The notes beneath the pieces were generated by a model, which did no database searches, was not told the origin of the DNA, and worked only from the letters and a program-made list of their open reading frames with translations. Source: Chitinophagaceae bacterium (GTDB lineage Bacteria > Bacteroidota > Bacteroidia > Chitinophagales > Chitinophagaceae). Taken from it: a stretch of 64,000 nt of DNA. This document shows, piece by piece, positions 44,994-54,312 of this stretch (position 1 is its first letter; the number at the start of each line of letters is the position of its first letter). The stretch lies in contig CANGIT010000013.1 in assembly GCA_947454155.1 (NCBI GenBank), forward strand, positions 27,495 through 91,494, given 5' to 3'. The position numbers were made by a program, and so were the translations under genes.

Positions 44994-46250
44994 TTGTTTT
45001 TCAAAAATCATCAATCTTTTCTTAAAGACATTTTATTTTATACATTGTCTGCTTTTGGTGGTCCCCAAGGTCATTTAGGAATGATTTATAAAAAGTTCGT
45101 ACAAGAAAAAAAGTATTTATCAGAGGAAGAATTAATTGACTTGAATACTTTTTGTCAGCTTTTACCGGGTCCATCAAGCACTCAATTATTAACATTAATC
45201 GCTTATAAAAGAGGTGGAATTTTATTATCAATAATTTCTTTATTGATTTGGATCATTCCTGCTTCTTTTCTTATGGGTGCTTTTTCTTTCTTAATCATGA
45301 CAGCAGATTACGGCACTTATTTTTTACATCTTTTTAGATTCATTCAACCTATGGCCATCGGGTTTTTATTGTTTGCCGTATTCCGCACTTATCAATTTGC
45401 TGTAACAAATACGATAACAAAAGTAATTATGTTTTCTTCCACATTGATTACTTTTTTATTATTTAAACTACCGTGGATTTTCCCAATATTGTTAATTATA
45501 GGTGGTATCATTACCAATTTCAGTGATAAAAGAATTAAGATCATAAAACGTTCAGAAAAGAAATTTACACCCAAATGGATTTTGATTTTTATTTTCTTTT
45601 CTACTTTTTTGAGTTTGGGTATTTTAAGTGAAACAGCACGTAAACAAAATTGGGAAAACAGAAAGCTTTATAATTTATCAGAAAATTTTTTTCGTTTTGG
45701 CACCATTGTTTTTGGTGGAGGTGATGTTTTGTTGCCATTGATGTTGGATCAATATGTAGCGAGACCTACCAATAAAAATCTTCAAATTAGAAATCCTAAT
45801 ATCATCAAGATACCCCAAGATAAATTATTAACCGGTTTTGGTATTGTCAGAATATTACCGGGTCCTGTTTTTTCAATTTCAACTTATGTAGGTGGTTTGG
45901 CTGTAAATGATAGCGGAAATAAAATACATATATCAGGAATGTTTTTATGTACTTTATTTATTTTTTTACCGGGTTTGTTATTAGTGTTTTTTTTCTTTCC
46001 AGTTTGGGAATATTTAAAAAACTACGTTTTCTTTTTACGCGCGATGGAAGGTATTCAAGCAGTATCTACAGGTTTGATGGCAGCAGGTTTATTTTATATT
46101 TTACGAAATTATTTTTCTGTCGAAAGAAATGATTTTGATTTTCTAATTACAATTATGATCATTCCGCTAACGTTTTTATTGATGTCCAAAACTAAAACTC
46201 CTGCACCAATTATTGTACTTCTAATGCTGTTATTGGGTTTTTTATTTTAA
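44994..46250 (+). CDS. chrA: Chromate efflux transporter
   Basis: AFGGPQGH, CQLLPGPSSTQ, second repeat FGGG...LPGP. Confidence 0.88.
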   Translation: MFFKNHQSFLKDILFYTLSAFGGPQGHLGMIYKKFVQEKKYLSEEELIDLNTFCQLLPGPSSTQLLTLIAYKRGGILLSIISLLIWIIPASFLMGAFSFLIMTADYGTYFLHLFRFIQPMAIGFLLFAVFRTYQFAVTNTITKVIMFSSTLITFLLFKLPWIFPILLIIGGIITNFSDKRIKIIKRSEKKFTPKWILIFIFFSTFLSLGILSETARKQNWENRKLYNLSENFFRFGTIVFGGGDVLLPLMLDQYVARPTNKNLQIRNPNIIKIPQDKLLTGFGIVRILPGPVFSISTYVGGLAVNDSGNKIHISGMFLCTLFIFLPGLLLVFFFFPVWEYLKNYVFFLRAMEGIQAVSTGLMAAGLFYILRNYFSVERNDFDFLITIMIIPLTFLLMSKTKTPAPIIVLLMLLLGFLF

Positions 46251-46253
46251 TTT

Positions 46254-46823
46254 TTACTTGTAATAGTTTTGAAATTGTATCTCATCCCAAACACTGTCTG
46301 GAACAAAATATCTTATAGACTTATTCTCGGCTATCATCGATCTTATCAAAGTTGAAGAAATCAATAGTTGGGGTGCTTCAAGTATTTTATAATTACAATT
46401 CTTCTTTTCCAGAATTTCATATCCGCTTCTTTCATAAACCCAAAAAAAATAATTCTCTATCAAGAGTTTTGCACTTTTCCATTTTTCAATATTTGAAAAA
46501 CCATCGCTACCTAATAAAATAGAAAACGTATAATCGGGATATTTTTCATTCAAATAAAATAATGTTTCTATAGTGTATGAGGGTTTTGGTAAATTGAATT
46601 CTATGTTACTCGCTTTTAATCTGGTTTCACCTTCAAGTGCAATTTTCAATAAATTCAATCTGTGATTTGCATTTAGTAATTGTTTTTCATTTTTAAAAGG
46701 ATTTTGTGGAGATACCACAAACCATAATTCATCTATATTTTCTGATTGTAAAAGAAAATTAGCTATTATTAAATGACCATTATGTACTGGATTAAATGAT
46801 CCAAAATATAAAGCAACATTCAT
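46254..46823 (-). CDS. nadD: Nicotinate-nucleotide adenylyltransferase
   Basis: GSFNPVHNGH, SPQNPFK, PSYTIETL, ISSTLIR. Confidence 0.95.
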   Translation of the reverse strand: MNVALYFGSFNPVHNGHLIIANFLLQSENIDELWFVVSPQNPFKNEKQLLNANHRLNLLKIALEGETRLKASNIEFNLPKPSYTIETLFYLNEKYPDYTFSILLGSDGFSNIEKWKSAKLLIENYFFWVYERSGYEILEKKNCNYKILEAPQLLISSTLIRSMIAENKSIRYFVPDSVWDEIQFQNYYK

Positions 46824-46833
46824 TTTTGTATAA

Positions 46834-47061
46834 TTAAACTAGTTCAACTATTATATTTTCTGCTTCGTCTATTCTTAAACTAAGATGATATCCTGCAATT
46901 TGTATGGCAATTGGGTCTTTAAAAGGTGCAATATTTTCTACTATTACTATTTCACCTGGAATAATACCCATTTCCATTAATTTGATGTATAGCTCTTCAT
47001 TTTCAAAAGATCTGATCAATGCTTTGTCTCCCGTTCCCAATTCCGATAATTTCTTAATCAT
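46834..47061 (-). CDS. feoA: Ferrous iron transport protein A
   Basis: KLMEMGIIPG, APFKDPI, LSLRIDEA. Confidence 0.92.
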   Translation of the reverse strand: MIKKLSELGTGDKALIRSFENEELYIKLMEMGIIPGEIVIVENIAPFKDPIAIQIAGYHLSLRIDEAENIIVELV

Positions 47062-47162
47062 CTATCAATTTCATTAAACCATAAAGATATGTTCTTTGAT
47101 AATCTTCTTAAATTCGTCTTTTGAAAATTAAGTTTCTAATTTTATCTTTAAATGTATTATAT

Positions 47163-47585
47163 ATGAAAATAAAATTTAATTTCAATATAAACACAACTTT
47201 AAGAGACAGAATTAAATTAAAGAACTTTCTTTGTCTTCTTGCTAAATCTGAAAAAACGCAATTTGAGAGTCTTAATTTTATTTTTTGTTCTAATGATTTT
47301 TTATTAGAGATAAATAAATCATTTTTAAACCATGATTATTATACCGACATTATAACTTTCGATTTATCGGATAGTAAAACCAAAGTAAAAACTGGTGAAA
47401 TTTATATAAGTTCAGAAATGGTATTGAGCAATTCAAAAGACTTTGAAACAACTTATAAAGAAGAACTCCATCGCGTAATATTCCATGGTGTACTTCATTT
47501 ATGTGGGTATAAAGATAAATCAGAAAAAGAGCGCGTTACAATGAGAAAAAAAGAAGATCACTATCTTAATCTCTATTTCAATTAA
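47163..47585 (+). CDS. ybeY: rRNA maturation endoribonuclease
   Basis: HDYYTDIITF, GEIYIS, HGVLHLCGYKD; likely start ATG 47163. Confidence 0.93.
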   Translation: MKIKFNFNINTTLRDRIKLKNFLCLLAKSEKTQFESLNFIFCSNDFLLEINKSFLNHDYYTDIITFDLSDSKTKVKTGEIYISSEMVLSNSKDFETTYKEELHRVIFHGVLHLCGYKDKSEKERVTMRKKEDHYLNLYFN

Positions 47586-47588
47586 AAA

Positions 47589-47604
47589 AGTTCCACGTGG
47601 AACA
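47589..47604. other. parS: parS site 1
   Basis: AGTTCCACGTGGAACA; 14-bp palindromic core of the canonical parS type. Confidence 0.85.
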
Positions 47605-47628
47605 AAATTTAATGATTGGGTTTTTGGA

Positions 47629-47644
47629 TGTTCCACGTGGAACA
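47629..47644. other. parS: parS site 2
   Basis: TGTTCCACGTGGAACA, perfect 16-bp parS-type palindrome. Confidence 0.9.
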
Positions 47645-47674
47645 AATAAAAGGGGAATAATTTAAATAAGGTTT

Positions 47675-49543
47675 ATGTTTATAAAATATGACGTTATTGT
47701 AGTAGGTGCCGGCCATGCGGGTTGTGAAGCGGCTGCATCGGCTGCAAATATGGGTAGCAAAGTTTTGCTTATTACAATGAATATGCAAACTATTGCACAA
47801 ATGAGTTGCAATCCGGCTATGGGAGGTATTGCAAAAGGTCAAATTGTTAAGGAAATCGATGCTTTAGGTGGATATAGCGGAATTGTTACCAACAGAAGTA
47901 TGATTCAGTTTAGGATGCTGAACAAGTCGAAAGGTCCAGCAATGTGGAGTCCAAGAGCACAAAGTGATCGTATGCTTTTTGCGCAAACTTGGAGAGAGAT
48001 TCTTGAAAGTACACCCAACCTTGATTTTTATCAAGATACAGTAAATGAGTTGGTTGTTTCATCATCAGGAAAGATTGAGGGTGTTAAAACAGGTTTAGGG
48101 CATACTGTTTATGCAAAATCAGTTGTTTTAACTAATGGAACATTTTTAAATGGAGTTATTCATATTGGTGAAAAAAACTTTGGAGGTGGCAGAGTAGCAG
48201 AAAAAGCAGCAACAGGTATAACAGAACAACTGGTTTCCTTGGGTTTTGAGAGCGATCGTTTAAAAACAGGCACACCGCCAAGAATTGATGGAAGATCGTT
48301 AGATTATTCCAAAATGGAGGAACAGAAGGGTGATGAAGATATTGTTGGTTTCAGTTATTTAGAAAAGCCAAAATTAAAAGCCGAAAATCAAAGAAGCTGC
48401 TGGATTACTTATACAAATAATGAAGTACACGATTTATTAAGATCGGGGTTTGAATCTAGTCCAATGTTTCAGGGAAGAATACAGGGAACAGGACCAAGAT
48501 ACTGTCCAAGTATTGAAGATAAAATAAATCGTTTTGCTGAAAGAGACAGACACCAGCTTTTTGTAGAGCCAGAAGGATGGAATACAGTGGAGATTTACGT
48601 TAATGGATTTTCAACCTCTTTATCTGAAGATATTCAATATCAAGCACTTAGACTTGTGCCGGGTTTTGAAAAATGTAAAATGTTCAGACCCGGCTATGCA
48701 ATCGAGTATGATTATTTTCCCCCAACGCAATTGCAATTTAGTTTGGAAACTAAATTAATAAAAGGACTGTTTTTTGCCGGTCAAATAAATGGCACAACAG
48801 GATATGAAGAGGCTGCATGCCAGGGTCTTATGGCTGGCATCAATGCACATTTAAGTGCTTATCAAAAAGATCCTCTGATATTAAAAAGGAGCGAAGCTTA
48901 TATCGGCGTTTTGATTGATGATCTAATTAATAAAGGAACAGATGAGCCTTATCGCATGTTTACCAGCAGGGCGGAATTCCGTACATTATTAAGACAAGAT
49001 AATGCTGATTTAAGATTAACTGAAATCAGCCACTCATTAGGACTGGCATCAGATGAAAGATTAAACTTGTTGCAAAAGAAAATAGCAGCAGTAGAGGAAG
49101 TAAATAATTATCTTTCCAAGGTTAATGTAGAACCCGAAGAGATCAATGATTTTTTGAAAAGCGTTTACTCATCACCGTTATTAAACAAACAAAAAGCATC
49201 ACAAGTACTACTTAGGCCAGGCGTGGGTTTGAAACAAATGAGCCAGCAAATTAAATCACTCGAATCATTAAAGGAATATGAAGACGAAATATTGGAACAA
49301 GCAGAGATACAGACCAAATACGATACTTATATCGAAAAAGAAAAACAGCTGGTAGAAAAAATGAGTCAGTTGGAAAACCTGGTTATACCCGATAGTTTTA
49401 ATTTTGATAATCTTGTATCTTTAAGCACCGAGGCCAAACAAAAGTTTAAAAGAATCAAACCGAGAACGCTTGGACAGGCATCCAGAATTTCGGGCGTAAA
49501 CCCAAGTGATATTCAAATTCTGATGTTGTTTATGGGTAGATAA
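47675..49543 (+). CDS. mnmG: tRNA uridine-5-carboxymethylaminomethyl synthesis enzyme (GidA)
   Basis: GAGHAGCEAA, MSCNPAMGG, GPRYCPSIEDK, GQINGTTGYEEAA. Confidence 0.98.
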   Translation: MFIKYDVIVVGAGHAGCEAAASAANMGSKVLLITMNMQTIAQMSCNPAMGGIAKGQIVKEIDALGGYSGIVTNRSMIQFRMLNKSKGPAMWSPRAQSDRMLFAQTWREILESTPNLDFYQDTVNELVVSSSGKIEGVKTGLGHTVYAKSVVLTNGTFLNGVIHIGEKNFGGGRVAEKAATGITEQLVSLGFESDRLKTGTPPRIDGRSLDYSKMEEQKGDEDIVGFSYLEKPKLKAENQRSCWITYTNNEVHDLLRSGFESSPMFQGRIQGTGPRYCPSIEDKINRFAERDRHQLFVEPEGWNTVEIYVNGFSTSLSEDIQYQALRLVPGFEKCKMFRPGYAIEYDYFPPTQLQFSLETKLIKGLFFAGQINGTTGYEEAACQGLMAGINAHLSAYQKDPLILKRSEAYIGVLIDDLINKGTDEPYRMFTSRAEFRTLLRQDNADLRLTEISHSLGLASDERLNLLQKKIAAVEEVNNYLSKVNVEPEEINDFLKSVYSSPLLNKQKASQVLLRPGVGLKQMSQQIKSLESLKEYEDEILEQAEIQTKYDTYIEKEKQLVEKMSQLENLVIPDSFNFDNLVSLSTEAKQKFKRIKPRTLGQASRISGVNPSDIQILMLFMGR

Positions 49544-49555
49544 TAATCAAGAGAA

Positions 49556-50044
49556 ATGGAAGAAAAGATAAAATCAGGCATAGAAAAGCAGCTTAAAGCT
49601 TACAACATTGATATTGCTTTTTTAGATACAGAAAGGCCTTGGGGTGGATTTTTTGTCATTGAACAAAAAAGTACGACAACGTTTATTGAAAAATACTTTC
49701 AGGATGTTGAAGTCAATAATTTGGGCAACGGAATACTCAGTCCTAAAATATTGATTGTGGCTCCCGGTAAAAAACTTAGCTGGCAATATCATTTGCGCAG
49801 AGAAGAAATTTGGAAATTGATACAGGGCGAAGCCGGTATTGTAAGAAGCGAAACAAACAATCAACAAGCTGTTGAACAAATGAAAATGGGCGAAACCATT
49901 TATCTGAAAAAGAATGAACGCCATAGGTTAGTTGGGATGAATGACTGGGGAATTATTGCGGAAATTTGGAAACATACCGATCCTGAAAATCCCAGCGATG
50001 AAAATGATATCATAAGGTTGCAAGACGATTTTGGTAGAGATTGA
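49556..50044 (+). CDS. Cupin, mannose-6-phosphate isomerase type II C-terminal-like
   Basis: ERPWGGF, LSWQYHLRREEIW, HRL, DIIRLQDDFGR. Confidence 0.8.
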   Translation: MEEKIKSGIEKQLKAYNIDIAFLDTERPWGGFFVIEQKSTTTFIEKYFQDVEVNNLGNGILSPKILIVAPGKKLSWQYHLRREEIWKLIQGEAGIVRSETNNQQAVEQMKMGETIYLKKNERHRLVGMNDWGIIAEIWKHTDPENPSDENDIIRLQDDFGRD

Positions 50045-50088
50045 AAAAAGCGCAAACCATCAAGTCTGCGCTTTGAATAACAAACAGA

Positions 50089-50436
50089 TCAGGCATTCAC
50101 TTTACCACTACCCAAAAAAAGCATTTCATTCACTTGTACTTCAGTAACGAACCGTTTGTTTCCTTCTTTGTCTGTATAGTCTTTAGTGATTAATTTACCT
50201 TCAACAGCCACTTCACTTCCTTTACTCAGATACTTTTCTGCCAAGTCTGCAACTTTTCCCCAGGCAATCAAATTATGCCATTGTGTTTCCTTAACTTTTT
50301 CGCCCTTGAGATTGGTGTATACCTCATCAGTGGCCAATGAAAATTTTACCAGCTTCTTACCGGTTTCTGTTTTTTTTACATCAGGTGATTTTCCTAAGTT
50401 ACCAATCAACTGAACTTTGTTTCTCAATGAATACAT
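50089..50436 (-). CDS. ssb: Single-stranded DNA-binding protein, short paralogue
   Basis: NKVQLIGNLGKSP, TQWHN, KGSEVAVEGKL; no acidic DDLPF tail. Confidence 0.92.
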   Translation of the reverse strand: MYSLRNKVQLIGNLGKSPDVKKTETGKKLVKFSLATDEVYTNLKGEKVKETQWHNLIAWGKVADLAEKYLSKGSEVAVEGKLITKDYTDKEGNKRFVTEVQVNEMLFLGSGKVNA

Positions 50437-50611
50437 AATTGTGTTTTTAAAAATTGAAAAAATATTTCAGTCTTCCGTGCGCACGGTTAACAGCACAAAT
50501 TTGAAACATTGATATTCCTTATAAATCAAATAATTATTTATTGTTGAAAATAACCGGTTATACACGTTAAAACAACAATTGGTTTTAAGTTGTCTCAATT
50601 ATTTTTGAATC

Positions 50612-50998
50612 ATGATAGTTTCACTCGAACAGGAAAAAAAATGCTGCACCTGTAATAAAATAATCAGGGGAAGAAGCGACAAAAAGTTTTGCAATGAATA
50701 TTGCCGAAATGTTTACAATAATAAAGCTAAATCAGCAGATTCGCCAACAACAAAACATATCAATAAAATACTCAACAAAAACAGAGTAGTTTTAAAATTA
50801 AACATATCAAAACAACAGGCTGTAAGAAAAATTAAAAAAGAAACATTGAGAGAACAAGGATTTGTTTTTAAATATCATACACACTTGTTCAATAGAAATA
50901 ACGGCAATCCATATTTTTTTATTTATGATTTTGGATACCTTTCTTTGTGTCAAGAGTGGTGTTTGGTTTTTGAAGCAGACCAGTTGTTAGATAAATAA
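50612..50998 (+). CDS. Hypothetical Cys-rich (zinc-ribbon-like) protein
   Basis: CxxC...GRSDKKFCxxxCR motif, then GFVFKYHTH...YDFGY. Confidence 0.75.
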   Translation: MIVSLEQEKKCCTCNKIIRGRSDKKFCNEYCRNVYNNKAKSADSPTTKHINKILNKNRVVLKLNISKQQAVRKIKKETLREQGFVFKYHTHLFNRNNGNPYFFIYDFGYLSLCQEWCLVFEADQLLDK

Positions 50999-51010
50999 AA
51001 ACTTTTAGCA

Positions 51011-52447
51011 TTAAGACATTCTGCTATCAACAGAGTTATATAATTTACCAACAACAAAACCTCTACATTTTTCGCTTTTGCAAGAACAGTTGAAGGGTTC
51101 CATATTTTCATCAAGAAAATCTGTATAATCTAGCGTTAGTTCCTCACCTTTTTTTATTTTTCTTTTTGTGACAACATCAAGTCCAATATAAAATGTGTTT
51201 GCCTCACAACAATGATTTTGCGGAGCCCATTCGGCGGGATTTTCATCCCAGAGTAAAAAAACATTTTTGCTTAAGGGATAGGCATATCGTCTGAAGTTTT
51301 GAAGTTCAGATTCATTCCAGTTTTTTTCAATGAATGGAAGAGTGGCAACTCTTTGTGAGCGCTCTTCTCCCTTAAAAACAATTTCGTTTTCCAATAAATC
51401 TTTGGCAGCATAAATGCCATATCCGGCAATAGCATCACCACGCATCTCATATTTTTTTTGTTTATCCTGATGACGCTGCCATCCTTCTTCAATGATTTTC
51501 TTTAAAAAATAATCCTGACCTGTGCCATCAATCTTTAAAATATAATCTGCAGATCCTTCATAGCCGTTTTGATAAAAAACAGAACAGGTAAAATTGATTT
51601 CTAAAAAATATAAAACACCGGAAGAATTCAATCTGAAATCTAGCCTTGCGTATCCAACGCCTCCAAATCCGTTGAAAATGGCAGTTGCAGACTCTTGTAA
51701 ACGAACGCAAAGCTCTTTATCTTCAACACTAACATTGGCATTGGTGTGAAGCTCCGAAGTTTTCAGTGCATAAGTTTTAAATTTCTTTCCCTTTGGAAAC
51801 AAATATTCAACGGGTTTGAAAACGGTTACCGAATCTTTTGTTCCGGCATTTCGTACAAGCATCACCGTGAACTCTCTGCCGTCAATATATTCTTCCACCA
51901 ACAAGGGGCCATATTCATCAATGATTTCCCCCACTCTGTTCTTCAATGCAATTTCATCACGAACCAACGCACTATCATCAATTCCCAGACTATCTCCAGC
52001 TTTGGATGGTTTCACAAAAAGTGGAAATTCAAATTTTTCTAAAACAATGGCAACGTCTTCTGTTCTTTCAACCAGGAAAAATTTTGGCGTTTTTACCTCT
52101 TGGGTATAGGCCACATATTTCATCAGCTGTTTGGTGGGATCATATAAAAGCTGATTAGGTCCTGTGTAGGGAAGGTTTAACAAATCGAGGTAATAAATAA
52201 CATCAATCGACGGAACCCCCCAGTCCAGATATCCTTCACAGAGATTGATGAAAATATCATAGTTCTTTTTACTCAGTTCCCGGAGCTGTTTGTAAACAGT
52301 CAGTTTGTTTAAAAAAACATGGTCAAAATGGGCATCAGGCAATAAGTGCGAAAGGTTTCTGGGTGGGTCGTAATGCTGGTAGTCAACCTGGCTGGTAGAA
52401 TAATCAGGCATGAGTACACAGATACGGCAAGAGTTTATATTTTCCAT
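51011..52447 (-). CDS. Ddl-like ATP-grasp ligase fused to a C-terminal SET domain with post-SET Cys cluster
   Basis: ATP-grasp: YTGP, FVKPSKAGDSLGI, EEYIDGREFTV, YARLDFR, LEIN. SET: GYGIYA, NHCC, GEELTLDY, CSCKSEKC. Confidence 0.85.
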   Translation of the reverse strand: MENINSCRICVLMPDYSTSQVDYQHYDPPRNLSHLLPDAHFDHVFLNKLTVYKQLRELSKKNYDIFINLCEGYLDWGVPSIDVIYYLDLLNLPYTGPNQLLYDPTKQLMKYVAYTQEVKTPKFFLVERTEDVAIVLEKFEFPLFVKPSKAGDSLGIDDSALVRDEIALKNRVGEIIDEYGPLLVEEYIDGREFTVMLVRNAGTKDSVTVFKPVEYLFPKGKKFKTYALKTSELHTNANVSVEDKELCVRLQESATAIFNGFGGVGYARLDFRLNSSGVLYFLEINFTCSVFYQNGYEGSADYILKIDGTGQDYFLKKIIEEGWQRHQDKQKKYEMRGDAIAGYGIYAAKDLLENEIVFKGEERSQRVATLPFIEKNWNESELQNFRRYAYPLSKNVFLLWDENPAEWAPQNHCCEANTFYIGLDVVTKRKIKKGEELTLDYTDFLDENMEPFNCSCKSEKCRGFVVGKLYNSVDSRMS

Positions 52448-53625
52448 TAGGCATTACCGTTATTAAGATGAGGAAGCGTTTTCATCTTTTCTTTTACTAC
52501 AAGATGAATGTGATTTTCGAAAGCGTTGTTCAAAATATCTTCCACCAGTTGATGAAAAGGAATGTGGGCAAATCGCAGAATTGCACCAATGGAAGTATAA
52601 TTCTCATCTTCACTGATGCCACATTGCGCATTGATTTCAATCATAAATAACTTTCCCGTCATTGCATCCATTCTTATATCTGCTCTTGCATAACCAACAC
52701 CTCCTGTGGCAATGAAAGCAGATTGAGAAATATTTTTGAGATCGGAAATAATGTTTTCGTTGGGAAGGCGATAGTCATAAAAATTACCATCTTCCGGCAT
52801 TGCGCTTTCGTTTTCATAGATTTCCCACAACCGGTCAAAAGAAAGAAACTTTTCCTTTTCGGGAAGTGAAGGATGAAAAACTCTTTCTACCGGACAATAA
52901 ATCCGAATCTCATCAGGCTTAAGATGGTGGCCACAAATAAGTACTGTGAACTCCGGACCCTGAATAAATTGTTCAGCAATAAGTCCATCTGCCATCAGGT
53001 TCCATCCTCTGTATCCGTTTGTCAATTCGTCCAATAAAGCGCTCAAGTCTGTTGTATTGTCGATTACATTTTTTGTACTTACCCCCATGCTACCTCCAGA
53101 TACAGCTGGTTTCACAATCAACGGACCTCCCGTTTGCTGCAACAGCCTTTCCGCGTCTTCAATATCTTTCAATACACACCATTCGGCATTTGCAACACCA
53201 TGCCTATCAAATGCTTTTTTCATCGGAATTTTAGAAGTAGTGATCTCATAAAAATGCCGATTGGCGCCTGTATATATCAACTCTTTTTCCTCCAGATAAT
53301 CTATAACAGATACGCCGGGAGTGCCATTGATTTCATCACCATCACAAAGATTAAAAACAACAGGAAGAACAACTCCTTCGTTTTTCTCAAATGTAATTTC
53401 ATCGATAATGTTTCGAAAATCTGTCAATGTTACCGGCTGCCATTTCCAGTTCAGTTTAAGTGTATTGAAAACCCTGGTATATTCTTCGATGCTTTGTGTA
53501 AAATCGTAGTAGTAATCTATGTTTTCATCTGCTGATGTCAATAGCGGCGAAAGCACCCAAACTTTCAATGGTTTTTCTGCTTGAAATGTCGCCCAATTGC
53601 TTATATGTACCAAGGAGTGGGTCAT
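52447..53625 (-). CDS. Ddl-like ATP-grasp ligase, non-canonical
   Basis: VFNLCDG, YTGA, IVKPAVSGGSMGV, EQFIQGPEFTV, YARADIR, IEINAQCG; lacks the canonical Ddl GGxSxE and HG..GEDG motifs. Confidence 0.85.
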   Translation of the reverse strand: MTHSLVHISNWATFQAEKPLKVWVLSPLLTSADENIDYYYDFTQSIEEYTRVFNTLKLNWKWQPVTLTDFRNIIDEITFEKNEGVVLPVVFNLCDGDEINGTPGVSVIDYLEEKELIYTGANRHFYEITTSKIPMKKAFDRHGVANAEWCVLKDIEDAERLLQQTGGPLIVKPAVSGGSMGVSTKNVIDNTTDLSALLDELTNGYRGWNLMADGLIAEQFIQGPEFTVLICGHHLKPDEIRIYCPVERVFHPSLPEKEKFLSFDRLWEIYENESAMPEDGNFYDYRLPNENIISDLKNISQSAFIATGGVGYARADIRMDAMTGKLFMIEINAQCGISEDENYTSIGAILRFAHIPFHQLVEDILNNAFENHIHLVVKEKMKTLPHLNNGNA

Positions 53626-53799
53626 CTTATGGAATCAGATTTCGAAACGAAAAAGGATAAAGAACAGAAATTGGAAACTGAAAAAATTCACAAAACGCTT
53701 ATTGATGGAAAAAAAAATTGTTCAATGAAAGGTAATCATGAAATAAAAAAGAATAAAAATATTTTTACTGAAATTATCCACTAACGCGCATAGAATAAC

Positions 53800-54306
53800 T
53801 TACTGTCTGCAAAGCGAGTATATTATTGCTTCGTGTTGAGGAAACTGTCTGCAGAGTTCTTTAGCATTTGCCAACTCAAAATCATTAAAGTCAAAACCGG
53901 GAGCAACGGTGCACCCCACAAAAGAATAACTTGAATTTAATCCTGGTCTTGAGGCAAACCAGCAACTTGCCGGAACTACATATTGAAAAACCTCACCGTT
54001 ATCAACATTGCTGCCCAAGCCAACTACTTCCAACTTACCATTTTCGTGTAAGACAAAAATATCTAGCTTGTCTCCGCTGTAGAAATGCCAGCACTCATCA
54101 CTTTTTATTCTGTGAAAAGCCGAAAAGTTTCCTTGCTCCAATAAAAAATAAATGGCTGTTGAAAGATGGCGGTCGCCATTGAACCTATTCGGCAAACCAT
54201 GCAATTGAATTTGCTCCTTGCTTCTGTAAGTTTCTTTGTACCAGCCTCCTTCGGGATGTGGAAGCAGCGCGTATTTGTCAATAAATTGCTTGGCTGATGA
54301 AGTCAT
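53800..54306 (-). CDS. DUF985 (cupin_5) protein
   Basis: PHPEGGWYKETY, STAIYFLL, FHRIKSDECWHFY, GCTVAPGFDF. Confidence 0.9.
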   Translation of the reverse strand: MTSSAKQFIDKYALLPHPEGGWYKETYRSKEQIQLHGLPNRFNGDRHLSTAIYFLLEQGNFSAFHRIKSDECWHFYSGDKLDIFVLHENGKLEVVGLGSNVDNGEVFQYVVPASCWFASRPGLNSSYSFVGCTVAPGFDFNDFELANAKELCRQFPQHEAIIYSLCRQ

Positions 54307-54312
54307 TGGTGA

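Noticed and set aside
42400-47660. AT-rich segment as a horizontally acquired island
   Set aside because: Contains core genes and origin elements, with no integrase, direct repeats or tRNA boundary.
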